Below are positions 27,255-37,328 of a DNA stretch of 64,000 nt, in pieces; positions within the stretch are counted from its first letter, which is position 1, and each line of letters begins with the position of its first letter. Below the pieces are notes generated by a model that did no database searches, was not told the origin of the DNA, and worked only from the letters and a program-made list of their open reading frames with translations. The translations under genes and the position numbers were made by a program. This DNA comes from an uncultured virus (IMG/VR IMGVR_UViG_3300020047_004730) (taxonomy: Duplodnaviria; Heunggongvirae; Uroviricota; Caudoviricetes; Crassvirales), in IMG/VR virus record IMGVR_UViG_3300020047_004730. The stretch is one strand, 5' to 3'.

Positions 27255-27370
27255 CTAAACCTTTAAATCAGAATAAGATGTCATTATTCACAGAAGTTTT
27301 AGTAGATGTATGCTTGATAATATTCATAGTATCTACAATAAGTAAATTAGAATTTTAAAACGTAAATAGT

Positions 27371-27898
27371 ATGAAGTTATACAAATTTAATCCAGACACA
27401 CTGTCATACGAACGTCATAACGCACGTCCGATAAAGATAATGGTCGCCACGTTAGTAGGATTCACTATCTTGATACTAGCATGTCTTCCTAGAGACTATA
27501 CGATCAGTCGTACAGTCATCAATCCAATCAGGACGGTAATAGAGAAGCCAGTCATCAGGAAGGTCATTGGTACTTACTACCACGCAGATGTAGAACAGAC
27601 GGATGCACGTCCGCTAGAGACTGCTGACGGACACATTATAGACTGCTCTAAGCTACGTTCAGGTAAGCTACGGTGGATTGCACTGTCGAGAGACCTTATC
27701 GATCGCCATGGAGGACATTTTAGCTACGGTGATAGGGTATACGTGTACCACCCAGACAAACGTATTCGTGGGTGGTGGGTGCTGCATGACACGATGAACA
27801 AGAGGTTTAAGAATAGGATTGATTTCCTTGTTGACAAAACGGCTGTCTTCCCCGGTAGAACGGAAGGTATATTAATCAGTAAAACTAAATTTGTGTAG
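27371..27898 (+). CDS. Membrane-anchored 3D-domain (MltA/RlpA-like) peptidoglycan hydrolase
   Basis: N-terminal TM; TYYH...QTD..P..TADG, IALSRD, DTMNKR...IDF. Confidence 0.75.
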   Translation: MKLYKFNPDTLSYERHNARPIKIMVATLVGFTILILACLPRDYTISRTVINPIRTVIEKPVIRKVIGTYYHADVEQTDARPLETADGHIIDCSKLRSGKLRWIALSRDLIDRHGGHFSYGDRVYVYHPDKRIRGWWVLHDTMNKRFKNRIDFLVDKTAVFPGRTEGILISKTKFV

Positions 27899-27899
27899 T

Positions 27900-28484
27900 A
27901 TGACCTCAAGAGATTTTTTACGTAGGGAGTTGGGTAGTGACTTACCTAACTCTATGGGAGCAAAGATTTGTGGTCTATTGGATGGGTACTTAAAAGAAAA
28001 AGAAATGGGTAAAGTTGTAAAGGTATCAAAAGGTCCAGCAGGGCATTGGTACGAGAAGAAGGTAGGCAAGTCATTCAGAGTTATTGAATACTCAGAAGAT
28101 CACGATGCCTACCTAGTTGAGCATGACGGACATGTGAACGGTAGGTACATCTATGAGCGTGATTGTGAAGTAGAAAGTGATGGCTTGACTTGGGAAAATG
28201 TGAAGAAGCACATTGAGGCTCAGTATCCTTTAACTCCTAATGATGCGTATATGACAATCGAAAAGGAGAAGGAGTCATTCAGTGTTCCTGAACACTATGA
28301 CAATGAGCACGGAAGTCTTTATTTATTTGCAGAGCAGCATAATCTTAATGCATGGGAATTCGACTGCATAAAAAGATTGGTAAGATGCCGTGAGAAAGGT
28401 CAGTTCAGGGAGGACTTGGAGAAGACTAAGCTAGTTATTGATTTATATCTAAAGGAGTATGACAGAGATACAAAAGAAGGCTAA
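27900..28484 (+). CDS. Protein with C-terminal DUF3310-like domain
   Basis: PEHY...IKRLVR...KG...EDLEK. Confidence 0.65.
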   Translation: MTSRDFLRRELGSDLPNSMGAKICGLLDGYLKEKEMGKVVKVSKGPAGHWYEKKVGKSFRVIEYSEDHDAYLVEHDGHVNGRYIYERDCEVESDGLTWENVKKHIEAQYPLTPNDAYMTIEKEKESFSVPEHYDNEHGSLYLFAEQHNLNAWEFDCIKRLVRCREKGQFREDLEKTKLVIDLYLKEYDRDTKEG

Positions 28485-28698
28485 TGAAATAGCTACAGAG
28501 TTACTAGATGACATTATTCACATGCGATCAAAAAAGATGTCTGATGGATCTAGGATCGAATTACCGACAGCGCTAGTAATAGCAAAGTACATCGCTAATA
28601 AGATAAAGGATGAAGTCAAGCCACCAGTCGCTGAATATTTATGGTCTAGACAGCATGACTTATGGACCGAGGTAGAGAATCAATTAAATGATATATGA
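28459..28698 (+). CDS. Hypothetical protein
   Basis: ORF track. Confidence 0.65.
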   Translation: MTEIQKKANEIATELLDDIIHMRSKKMSDGSRIELPTALVIAKYIANKIKDEVKPPVAEYLWSRQHDLWTEVENQLNDI

Positions 28699-28699
28699 T

Positions 28700-29032
28700 A
28701 TGAAGGCAAATGAATTAAGAATAGGAAATTATATATATTTTGAAGATGAATTATTAAAATTTGATTTTGAAATGGGATGGAACTTTGATTATATTAAACC
28801 AATCCCACTTACAGAAGAATGGTTGTTGAAGTTTGGATTTGTTGATGGTAGTTATTTATACAAGAACTATAAAGTAAAAGCTGGTGACTATTGGAACTCA
28901 GTTAAATTTTATGAAGGCGAATGGTGTTATAATAATGATGATTCAGATGCTGCATGCTACTTTTTAACTACTATTAAATACGTTCACCAACTACAAAACC
29001 TTTACTTTGCACTAACAAACGAAGAGCTATGA
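28700..29032 (+). CDS. MKANELRIGN-family (YopX-like) protein
   Basis: IPLTEEWLLKFGF...YVHQLQNLYFALT; paralog at 36200. Confidence 0.75.
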   Translation: MKANELRIGNYIYFEDELLKFDFEMGWNFDYIKPIPLTEEWLLKFGFVDGSYLYKNYKVKAGDYWNSVKFYEGEWCYNNDDSDAACYFLTTIKYVHQLQNLYFALTNEEL

Positions 29033-29421
29033 AAATACACGAAAAGGTAACAGTAATCATTGGCTCAGGAGGTAGCGGAAAAACTACAGCAGCTAAATGT
29101 ATAGCTAAGGATTATGATGCAGACAAGGTTGTTTGGGTTGACGGAAATTGTTGGAGAATAGATCCTTTCTTTTATGCTAGATGTAATAAAGACACTGAGT
29201 TAGTTATAATTGAAGAACTTAATGATATAAATAATTTATGTAATATTGTTAGCAGCGCTACAGATGGATTATGTGCTGAAAAGGCATACCAAAAGCCATT
29301 CTACATAAATCCAAAGATAGTAGTTACGTGTAGACCTGATATAACATTTAAAGATCTACCAATGGATTCATTGGCTTTTAAAAGAAGGGTAATGATTGTT
29401 GATTGTGATTTACCTTTTTAA
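29029..29421 (+). CDS. Small stand-alone P-loop NTPase (SF3/AAA-like)
   Basis: GSGGSGKT Walker A, VIIEE Walker B, AFKRR arginine-finger-like motif. Confidence 0.7.
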   Translation: MKIHEKVTVIIGSGGSGKTTAAKCIAKDYDADKVVWVDGNCWRIDPFFYARCNKDTELVIIEELNDINNLCNIVSSATDGLCAEKAYQKPFYINPKIVVTCRPDITFKDLPMDSLAFKRRVMIVDCDLPF

Positions 29422-29440
29422 ATAATTAAAATCAATTAAT

Positions 29441-29863
29441 ATGAAGGCATGGCAAGAACTAGAGAGTGATCCGAACGTTAGTCTGTGGTGGTATGGAGAC
29501 GAAAGGAATCCAACATCGTACTACTACATCGATCACGGAGTAAGGATCAGTAAGGACCTAAAGTCAGGACTTATTGAAGTAAAGAATGCGTCACTCGCTG
29601 ATGAGCACTACGTAGAGGTATCAACAGAACAGTACAAGGTATTCGATACCGAAGGCTGGCTTCCGGGATGCTATAGGGTATGCATTGACACATTGAACAG
29701 TAGAATAAACAAAGTTAATTATTTGATATCTCTGGAAAAAAATTCAGACAAAACTGAAGAACTTAAAGACAGATTGAAAAAATTATTAACAAAATTAGAC
29801 AGGTACTTGGAACTGAATGAAAAATTAAGTACTTTTGCAACCACTAAAAAAGTAATTTATTAA
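29441..29863 (+). CDS. Hypothetical protein
   Basis: ORF track. Confidence 0.7.
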   Translation: MKAWQELESDPNVSLWWYGDERNPTSYYYIDHGVRISKDLKSGLIEVKNASLADEHYVEVSTEQYKVFDTEGWLPGCYRVCIDTLNSRINKVNYLISLEKNSDKTEELKDRLKKLLTKLDRYLELNEKLSTFATTKKVIY

Positions 29864-29882
29864 CCCCTAAAATTATAATCAA

Positions 29883-30389
29883 ATGAGTAACTGGCGCAAG
29901 CTGTACGATCAAGCTGGACAACAGCCGTACTTAGGTCACTGGGACCTAGAAATAAATGGGAAGTTCGAACCCAAGGAAGTAATCATCGAGAAGTTTTATG
30001 TTGGAGAGTTCATCACTGCTGGAGGCAAGGAGATGAAGGTGTTTGCCAACATTGTAGGATTCTCTAAGGCGATGGTAGTAAATAAGAAGAACATGAAGAG
30101 ACTAAGTAAGTTCTTCGGTAGTGACTCTTATGATGACTACATCGGAAAGCCAGTAGTTCTTACAGTTGAGAAGGACTTCTCTGCAATGGACAAGGAGATG
30201 GTTGACTGTCTACGTTTCTCAACTAGACCTATCCCAAAGAAAGAACTCCCGTTCATATCAGAGACTGAGTTCGCATCTTCAAAGGAGAAGATTGCAGCTA
30301 ATGGAACTACGATTGATAAGATCAAGTCTATCCGTAGAATTACACCTGAGCAAGAGAAGGAACTATTATCAGTTATACCTAAGGCATGA
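29883..30389 (+). CDS. Putative ssDNA-binding/recombination protein
   Basis: YLGHWDL...NKKN..RL; directly upstream of the exonuclease; promoter element TACTTTTG at 29830. Confidence 0.5.
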   Translation: MSNWRKLYDQAGQQPYLGHWDLEINGKFEPKEVIIEKFYVGEFITAGGKEMKVFANIVGFSKAMVVNKKNMKRLSKFFGSDSYDDYIGKPVVLTVEKDFSAMDKEMVDCLRFSTRPIPKKELPFISETEFASSKEKIAANGTTIDKIKSIRRITPEQEKELLSVIPKA

Positions 30390-31198
30390 TAGAGAACTTA
30401 ATTAAATTCAGAGCAAGCGGTGCAGCACCATTGTTCTCCGGAGATGACGGACTGACTGAAGCACAGCAGAAAAAGTATGACGAACTATCTGAGCGTTCAC
30501 TAGCATCAATCACAGATCCTAAGAAGAAACTTACTGACAACATGAAGGCTGAGTTTGACAAGCTTCACTTGATCAGAACAAACTTAGAGAATGGAGTGGT
30601 TGAGTTAAGCACTGGAGGACGAACGTTCGTTGAGTCTCTAGTAGATCAGGTAGTGTACAAGTACAAGAAGACGTTCGGAAGTAAGGAGACTGAGAAAGGT
30701 AACACTGTTGAGGAGGATGCGATTGCATTCTTAAATGAGTTCTTCATGACTGACCTATTGAAGTCAGAGTCATCACTATCTCATGGATTCTTTCAGGGAC
30801 ATCCTGACCTTGAGGATGAAAACAAGAAGATGATTATTGACATCAAGTGTTCATGGACCAAGGATACGTTTCCAAAACTTCCAGAGCAGATTAGCAACAG
30901 CACGTATGAGTGGCAGTTAAAACTGTACTGCTACATGAAGTCCAAGATGACTGGAGATAATTGGAGCAAGGCTAGGCTGTGCTACGTACTTATGTCTACG
31001 CCTGAAGGATTGGTTCCTGACTGGGAGGGAGATGACCTACACTATGTCGATGACTTAGACCCTGCACTTCGAATTACATACATTGAGTTCGAGTTAACTG
31101 ATGCTGATATCGCCCACATTGAGAGACGTGAGAAGGCAGCAGTGAAATACGCTAAAGAGTATTACAATAAATTAATAACCAAAAATCAAATCAAATGA
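30386..31198 (+). CDS. YqaJ/lambda-exonuclease-like PD-(D/E)xK nuclease
   Basis: FRAS, KGNTVE, GHPD, DIKCSW, YEWQL..YM. Confidence 0.8.
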   Translation: MIENLIKFRASGAAPLFSGDDGLTEAQQKKYDELSERSLASITDPKKKLTDNMKAEFDKLHLIRTNLENGVVELSTGGRTFVESLVDQVVYKYKKTFGSKETEKGNTVEEDAIAFLNEFFMTDLLKSESSLSHGFFQGHPDLEDENKKMIIDIKCSWTKDTFPKLPEQISNSTYEWQLKLYCYMKSKMTGDNWSKARLCYVLMSTPEGLVPDWEGDDLHYVDDLDPALRITYIEFELTDADIAHIERREKAAVKYAKEYYNKLITKNQIK

Positions 31199-31548
31199 GT
31201 TTTAAATTAACAGGAGTAGTAAAGAAGGTTGGAGATACGGTCCAAGTATCTGAGAAGTTTTCAAAGAGAGAGTTAGTGATAACTGACTCATCAACAATGT
31301 ATCCACAAGATATTATGTTTGAGTTTGCTAAGGACAAGACATCACACCTAGATAGTGTAATGGAGGGTCAAGAGGTAGAGGTTTCATTCAATCTTCGTGG
31401 AAGAATGTGGACCAGTCCTCAAGGCGAGGAGAAGTACTTCAACACACTTGACGGATGGCGAGTGGATGTTATCGGAGGATCGACTCAGGCTCAGGCTCAG
31501 GCTCCAACAGTTGGAGATGTAGACGCTGACGGAGATCTTCCGTTCTAA
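31195..31548 (+). CDS. DUF3127-family single-stranded DNA-binding protein
   Basis: FSKRELV, YPQDI, VSFNLRGR.W, YFNTLDGW, acidic DLPF tail. Confidence 0.85.
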   Translation: MSFKLTGVVKKVGDTVQVSEKFSKRELVITDSSTMYPQDIMFEFAKDKTSHLDSVMEGQEVEVSFNLRGRMWTSPQGEEKYFNTLDGWRVDVIGGSTQAQAQAPTVGDVDADGDLPF

Positions 31549-31574
31549 TAATCAATTGAATTTCAAGTAATTAT

Positions 31575-31608
31575 GGCAGGATGCTTCCCGGAATCCTGCC
31601 TTATTTTT
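31575..31608 (+). terminator. Intrinsic terminator
   Basis: GGCAGGAT...ATCCTGCC followed by TTATTTTT. Confidence 0.7.
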
Positions 31609-31620
31609 ATCCGATAAATT

Positions 31621-33993
31621 ATGATAACTATATTCAAAAATTTAAATGAAACGAATAGTCCCTACTACATATCTGTAGAGGGTGCGATCGATCGGATAAG
31701 AAATGGAAAATCCAAAGATCTGTGCGAGCAGATTAGAAATTCTGACTTAGATAAGCCACAACGAAACGAAATAAAGAAAAAGCTACCTGCCGTTTGTTAC
31801 GGAGGAAAATTCAGTAGTCGTTCTATCGCTGGACTTATTGAGTCGTCTGGATTTATGTCAATTGATTTTGATGGGTTTAGTTCACCCACCTCACTTGAGA
31901 CTAAACGTTTTGAGTTAGAAATGGACGATTACACGCACAGCCTATTTACCTCTCCGTCCGGGGATGGTTTAAAGGTCCTTGTGCGAATTCCAATGTGTGA
32001 TGCAAATGAATACAAGCAGTACTTCAAGGCAATCGAACAGTACTATGATTGTGAAGAGTTTGATACAGCATGCAGTGATATCAGTCGGATAACATATGAG
32101 TCATACGATCCTCACGTATTTTCGAACAGTAGCTCGAAGGTATGGACGGGAAAACTTATTGAGCCAGAAAGAGAGCAAAGGAAGGTACTAATACCTACCA
32201 ATGACACGAACAAAATTACGATCGGAATTCTCTCATGGTGGAATAAGAACTATGGCTTGGTATCTGGCGCCCGGAATCACAACATGTACGTACTTGCTCA
32301 GGCACTCAATGAGTATGGTGTCGATAAAGCAGAAGCACTACACACATGCCTACAATTTGTACAGCCAGACTTCACAGAATCAGAGATTAGTAGAACCGTT
32401 GAATCAGCGTATGTAAAGACTGAGATACACGGAACAAAGCAATGGGAAGATAAGGCTACAGTACAGAAAGTTACGGCATTGGTTGCCAACGGTGTAACGC
32501 CTGAAGAGATACGAAAGATCGTGCCCGAAGCCACGGACGATGTGTTAGAAGATATCAAGGTAAGTGAGGTTGAGTTCTGGACAAAGGATCCTAAAACTGG
32601 AGCAGTCAATTTTATTAATCACAAGTACAGAGAGTTCCTTACTGAGAATGGTTTCTTCAAGTATTACGCATCAAAAGAGGGTACGTTCATATTCGTACAC
32701 TTAAGGAATAACGTCATTCGAGAAGTCCTTGATGACCACATTAAAGACTTCGTGTCTGAGTGGATGTTTGAACTCGAAGATAAGTCAGTCTACAACGCAT
32801 ACGTTGGGAACTTGAAATTGCAGAAGGAAGACTTCCTGTCTTTCCTTCCGTCAGTCAATCATAGATTCCTAATGGATGGCGAGAAGGAGTCGTATATTTT
32901 TTACCGCAACTGTGCAGTTAGAGTAACTCCGTCAGGAATTTCTAGAATGTCATACGATGACCTTAACGGTCTGGTATGGGAGAAGTCAATTCTTGATAGG
33001 GACTACAGAGAGATGGACTACAGCGGATGCGACTTTGAGAGATTTATCTACACGATTGCAGGCAGTGAGTCAGATCGTTTTCTTACCATGCGGACCACAC
33101 TTGGTTATATGCTACATCGATACAATGATCCTGCATATAATCCCGTTGTGATTCTAAATGATGAGTCGATTACAGACAAGCCAGAGGGAGGAACTGGAAA
33201 GGGTATATTCGTAAACTCAGTATCAAAGATCAGACGGTCAGTCATTCTGGACGCACAGAAGATTGATCTAAAGGGCAGGTTTACTTACCAGAGGGTATCA
33301 ACTGATACTCAGGTAATATGTTTCAATGATGCTGACAAGGGATTCCACTTCCAGACCTTATTCTCGATGATCACCGACGGTATGTCGATCGAGGTAAAGA
33401 ACAGTAAAGAAATCTTTATTCCGTTCGAGCTTGTGCCAAAGATGATAATTACAACTAACTGGGCGATTAAAGGTGGTGGCAACTCCCACGATAGACGCAG
33501 ATGGGAGGTTGAATTTCATCAGTATTACAATAAGTCACACACTCCAAAGGATGAGCTTGGTAGACGATTGTTTGATGACTGGGATGCGGACGAGTGGTCC
33601 AGATTTGATAGCTTCATGATTTCCAACATGCAATTATTCATGCAGAAGGGACTGAGAGAAGCCAAATTTAAAAACCTAGATAACAGACAGTTGTTTGCCA
33701 AGACCTCACCGGAGTTCTATGAATGGGCTACAGGAACTGACAAGAGTTACTCACTGAAGCCGGGAATTGAATTCCGTGGTGCTGATCTTATGGCTGACTT
33801 TATTTCCCAATATCCTGATTACGGAGCGTTTGGGAAGATGAAGCTGGCACATAGGACATTCTACAATTGGATTAAGGAATTTGCGTTAATCAAGTATGGT
33901 GAACTACCTAGAGAGAAAAAATTAGATATTGGAAAGTCCATTGTCTTTGTCGAACCAATGAAACAATTAAAAATAAATGAATTTGATAAATGA
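31621..33993 (+). CDS. Primase-helicase (BT4734/VirE-N-like primase, PriCT, SF3-like helicase)
   Basis: KKKLP, SIDFD, SPSGDGLK, GARN (PriCT), GGTGKG Walker A, CFND Walker B, ITTN. Confidence 0.85.
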   Translation: MITIFKNLNETNSPYYISVEGAIDRIRNGKSKDLCEQIRNSDLDKPQRNEIKKKLPAVCYGGKFSSRSIAGLIESSGFMSIDFDGFSSPTSLETKRFELEMDDYTHSLFTSPSGDGLKVLVRIPMCDANEYKQYFKAIEQYYDCEEFDTACSDISRITYESYDPHVFSNSSSKVWTGKLIEPEREQRKVLIPTNDTNKITIGILSWWNKNYGLVSGARNHNMYVLAQALNEYGVDKAEALHTCLQFVQPDFTESEISRTVESAYVKTEIHGTKQWEDKATVQKVTALVANGVTPEEIRKIVPEATDDVLEDIKVSEVEFWTKDPKTGAVNFINHKYREFLTENGFFKYYASKEGTFIFVHLRNNVIREVLDDHIKDFVSEWMFELEDKSVYNAYVGNLKLQKEDFLSFLPSVNHRFLMDGEKESYIFYRNCAVRVTPSGISRMSYDDLNGLVWEKSILDRDYREMDYSGCDFERFIYTIAGSESDRFLTMRTTLGYMLHRYNDPAYNPVVILNDESITDKPEGGTGKGIFVNSVSKIRRSVILDAQKIDLKGRFTYQRVSTDTQVICFNDADKGFHFQTLFSMITDGMSIEVKNSKEIFIPFELVPKMIITTNWAIKGGGNSHDRRRWEVEFHQYYNKSHTPKDELGRRLFDDWDADEWSRFDSFMISNMQLFMQKGLREAKFKNLDNRQLFAKTSPEFYEWATGTDKSYSLKPGIEFRGADLMADFISQYPDYGAFGKMKLAHRTFYNWIKEFALIKYGELPREKKLDIGKSIVFVEPMKQLKINEFDK

Positions 33994-34369
33994 ATTTAAG
34001 GGAGTTAAAGACAGCGTAGATGCTGTCGACTTCCTTTACAAGAAGTTTGGAAGTTATAACGGAGGCATGGACTTCGTTGATGCAGTACATAAAGGACTCA
34101 AGAAGACAGGACGTGAATTAGTCTGGTGGTGTGGGATGGTGGACAACTATCACAATCATGATGACTACACGATTGACAGTCTGTTAAGAACTAAGAAACA
34201 CATGAAAAATGTGGCACTTGGATTCTTGAACAGACAGGAGTATGACGACTACCTAACATGGATTGGTAACTGGTCCAAGATGTTGATTGTATGTAACTAC
34301 ATTGATCCTGATCGATGGATTAAGATAGTTGATCCAGTTCGTGAGGAAATGGATTATGATAGTATGTAA
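33977..34369 (+). CDS. Hypothetical protein
   Basis: ORF track. Confidence 0.65.
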   Translation: MNLINEFKGVKDSVDAVDFLYKKFGSYNGGMDFVDAVHKGLKKTGRELVWWCGMVDNYHNHDDYTIDSLLRTKKHMKNVALGFLNRQEYDDYLTWIGNWSKMLIVCNYIDPDRWIKIVDPVREEMDYDSM

Positions 34370-34371
34370 CC

Positions 34372-35598
34372 ATGAAGCAACTAAGAGACTATCAGTTAGA
34401 TATAGCAAACAGAGGGAGCGACATACTCAAAAAACTCAGTTTGCTGTATTTAGCTATGGAAGTTCGTACTGGTAAGACAGCTACGTCAATGAAGATAGCC
34501 GAGATGTATGGAGCCAAGAAGGTGCTGTTTCTCACACGAAAGAAGGCAGTGTCAAGTATACTTGATGACTACAATGATTTCGGATACCAATTCGATATTG
34601 TTGTAACAAACCATGAGTCACTACATAAGTTACAAGAGGCTGACTCGTTTGATGTAATCATCTTTGACGAGGCACACAAGGCTGCAGGACTACCTAAGCC
34701 CGGACAGCTGGCTAAACGCATGAGAGAACGCTTCTTCTTGAAGCCTATCATCATGCTGTCAGGTACTATGTCGCCTGAATCATTCTCTCAGGTATACCAT
34801 CAGTTCTGGATATCAAGTCGTTCACCATGGGTGCACTACCGTAACTTCTACAAGTGGGCGCATGACTACGTGAACATCAGGCAGCGTAAGATAAATAGTT
34901 TGACTATTAATGACTACTCTGCTGGAATTGAGGCTAAGATAATGCATGACATACAGCCGTACATGATAACACATACTCAGGAGCAGTCAGGATTTAAGTC
35001 AAAAATAAATGAGAAGGTACTGTACGTCAAGATGCATCCAATAACCTATAAGATATGCGACAAGTTAATCAAGGACTTAGTATTTGAAGGGGACTCGGAC
35101 GTAATACTTGCCGACACACCTGCCAAACTGATGCAGAAACTGATGCAGCTGTACTCCGGGACATGTAAACTAGAGAGTGGACTTGCTGTATTTATTGACA
35201 AAACAAAGGCTGAATTTATAAGAGAATACTTTGCTGGTAAAAAAATTGGTATATTTTATTGTTTTAAAAAAGAACTTGACTTACTTTTGTCAGTATTCGG
35301 TGATGAGATAACTACAGACCTCCATGAGTTTCAGACTACAGACAAGCATTTTGCAGGTCAGGTAGTCAGCTCAAGGGAGGGTATATCACTCAAGGAAGCC
35401 GACTGTTTGGTGTTCATGAACATACAGCACTCAGCCGTGTCTTACCTTCAAGCAATTGACCGTATGACTACCATGGATAGACTTGAGAATAATGTCTACT
35501 GGATATTTGCCTCTGGGGGGATTGAAGAGAAGATATACAAGGTTGTAAAGTCAAAGAAGAAGTATACAGTTAATATCTTCAAGAAGGATTATAAATGA
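34372..35598 (+). CDS. SF2 (SNF2-like) helicase
   Basis: LRDYQ, RTGKT, DEAH, SGT, EGISL, QAIDR. Confidence 0.85.
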   Translation: MKQLRDYQLDIANRGSDILKKLSLLYLAMEVRTGKTATSMKIAEMYGAKKVLFLTRKKAVSSILDDYNDFGYQFDIVVTNHESLHKLQEADSFDVIIFDEAHKAAGLPKPGQLAKRMRERFFLKPIIMLSGTMSPESFSQVYHQFWISSRSPWVHYRNFYKWAHDYVNIRQRKINSLTINDYSAGIEAKIMHDIQPYMITHTQEQSGFKSKINEKVLYVKMHPITYKICDKLIKDLVFEGDSDVILADTPAKLMQKLMQLYSGTCKLESGLAVFIDKTKAEFIREYFAGKKIGIFYCFKKELDLLLSVFGDEITTDLHEFQTTDKHFAGQVVSSREGISLKEADCLVFMNIQHSAVSYLQAIDRMTTMDRLENNVYWIFASGGIEEKIYKVVKSKKKYTVNIFKKDYK

Positions 35599-35852
35599 GT
35601 GAGTCAAAGATCCAATCAAAACTAATTAACCAGCTAGAGTCAGAGGGTTGCTATGTAATCAAGTTGTCGGTAACAAACAAGACAGGAATACCTGACCTTG
35701 TATGCATAAGACCTTCTGGCATTGCTGAGTTCTATGAGGTTAAACAACCCGGAAAGCAACCGAGAGAGTTGCAGAAATACAGAATGAAAGAACTGTCTAA
35801 GTACGTAAAGTGTTTCGTACATGACGGAGAAACTAAATTATTTAAAGAATAG
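35595..35852 (+). CDS. VRR-NUC nuclease (Holliday junction resolvase-like)
   Basis: ESKIQ, GIPDL, EVK.PG, LQKY. Confidence 0.85.
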   Translation: MSESKIQSKLINQLESEGCYVIKLSVTNKTGIPDLVCIRPSGIAEFYEVKQPGKQPRELQKYRMKELSKYVKCFVHDGETKLFKE

Positions 35853-35857
35853 AAAAT

Positions 35858-36166
35858 ATGACTAAAGAATCGTATGTAAACAGTAAGAAAGAATTGCATG
35901 AAGAGATCAATGCAATCAATAAGAAACTAGCTAATCTTCGCAAGGAATACATTGAGAAATGTGCGCCATGCAATATTGGAGACAGTGTTACGTTAATAAC
36001 GGATGGAGATCGTAAAATAGTAGGTGAAGTAAAGTCTTTCGCTATTTACTTGGATGATATATTTGTTGATTCTATCAAGCCACCTTATGGTACAAACGTA
36101 TACCTGTCAAAACCCCACAAGTCAATAACAGTAAACGAATTAGAAGGAAAAATTTCTAGTTTTTAG
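35858..36166 (+). CDS. Hypothetical protein
   Basis: ORF track. Confidence 0.65.
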   Translation: MTKESYVNSKKELHEEINAINKKLANLRKEYIEKCAPCNIGDSVTLITDGDRKIVGEVKSFAIYLDDIFVDSIKPPYGTNVYLSKPHKSITVNELEGKISSF

Positions 36167-36199
36167 TGAAATATACTGGACATTTTAAAGTAAGTAATT

Positions 36200-36628
36200 A
36201 TGAAAGCAAACCAATTAAGAATAAATAACATAGTTGAAGCGGATGGAATCGTACAGCGCGTATACAGGATATGGCAAAATGGAGCTGAACTTGTAGAACA
36301 AGAGGATGGAGATGATTATTTAGATTACCACGAGAACGATATACATCCAGTAAAGCTAACAGAAGAATGGTTGTTGAAGTTTGGTTTTAAGGAAGTAAAA
36401 AGATATACGCACGATTATGAAGAGAAAATTTATAGTAAAAGTATTATAGTTGGAAGTGAAAATCACTGTGAAACGCTTATTATATCAATGCCTTTTAAAG
36501 TTGGATTTATTGGAGATTATTTCTCTGATGAATGTTACACTTTAAATATAGATATTAATAACGTACATCAACTACAAAATTTGTACTTTGCACTAACCAA
36601 CGAAGAACTATATGAAATCAATAACTAA
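36200..36628 (+). CDS. MKANELRIGN-family (YopX-like) protein
   Basis: Paralog of 28700-29032. Confidence 0.75.
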   Translation: MKANQLRINNIVEADGIVQRVYRIWQNGAELVEQEDGDDYLDYHENDIHPVKLTEEWLLKFGFKEVKRYTHDYEEKIYSKSIIVGSENHCETLIISMPFKVGFIGDYFSDECYTLNIDINNVHQLQNLYFALTNEELYEINN

Positions 36629-36875
36629 AGACAATAAAATATATCCTGAAGTGGAATTTAAATTTGCAATTGTAAATAAAGATTCTCTTCATATTAACTT
36701 TACAACATTTTGTAAATGTAATAATGGAGAAGTGATTGATGTGTCTGAAAGATACATACATAAGCATGAGGATCCTATCAAACTGATACAACTTATAATA
36801 GAGTGTACTAATAGATTTCATCAGATGTGTCAAAAATATATAGAGGAATATGAAAGCAACACTAGCCAATCCTAA
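36612..36875 (+). CDS. Hypothetical protein
   Basis: ORF track. Confidence 0.6.
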   Translation: MKSITKDNKIYPEVEFKFAIVNKDSLHINFTTFCKCNNGEVIDVSERYIHKHEDPIKLIQLIIECTNRFHQMCQKYIEEYESNTSQS

Positions 36876-37080
36876 TGTACAGCTACTAGCTGAGATGTTC
36901 GATCTAAAGGTCCCGAAGATGTATAATATTCTGGTCGATGTATATTCAGTAAGCAACAACGAACTGATAATCAAACATGCAGTAGTGCTTGATGCTGAGT
37001 TTCAGCCAATGCGTGAGGCTAACCTAGGGCGACTGGCTGAACACATGCACGAATGTAATATTGTATTTAAGAAGTTATGA
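36850..37080 (+). CDS. Hypothetical protein
   Basis: ORF track. Confidence 0.65.
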   Translation: MKATLANPNVQLLAEMFDLKVPKMYNILVDVYSVSNNELIIKHAVVLDAEFQPMREANLGRLAEHMHECNIVFKKL

Positions 37081-37328
37081 ACGCCTCGGTATACATAGCA
37101 GACATTGATATTAAACTAATCCCATTAAACAGTAAGTCAAGGCTTCATCCAATACATAAGTTACTAACCAGATACCCGGTAGTGCTGATTGATGATAAGG
37201 ACGTGTACCATGAGATGTTTGTCAAGTCAGTAAATAGAATGTTCAAGGATAGAGAGATGTCGAGATACAGACTCGTATATAAAGTAAGTAATTTAAATTT
37301 TTCAAGTAAATGTCAATGGAGCAACTAA
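37077..37328 (+). CDS. Hypothetical protein
   Basis: ORF track. Confidence 0.65.
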   Translation: MNASVYIADIDIKLIPLNSKSRLHPIHKLLTRYPVVLIDDKDVYHEMFVKSVNRMFKDREMSRYRLVYKVSNLNFSSKCQWSN

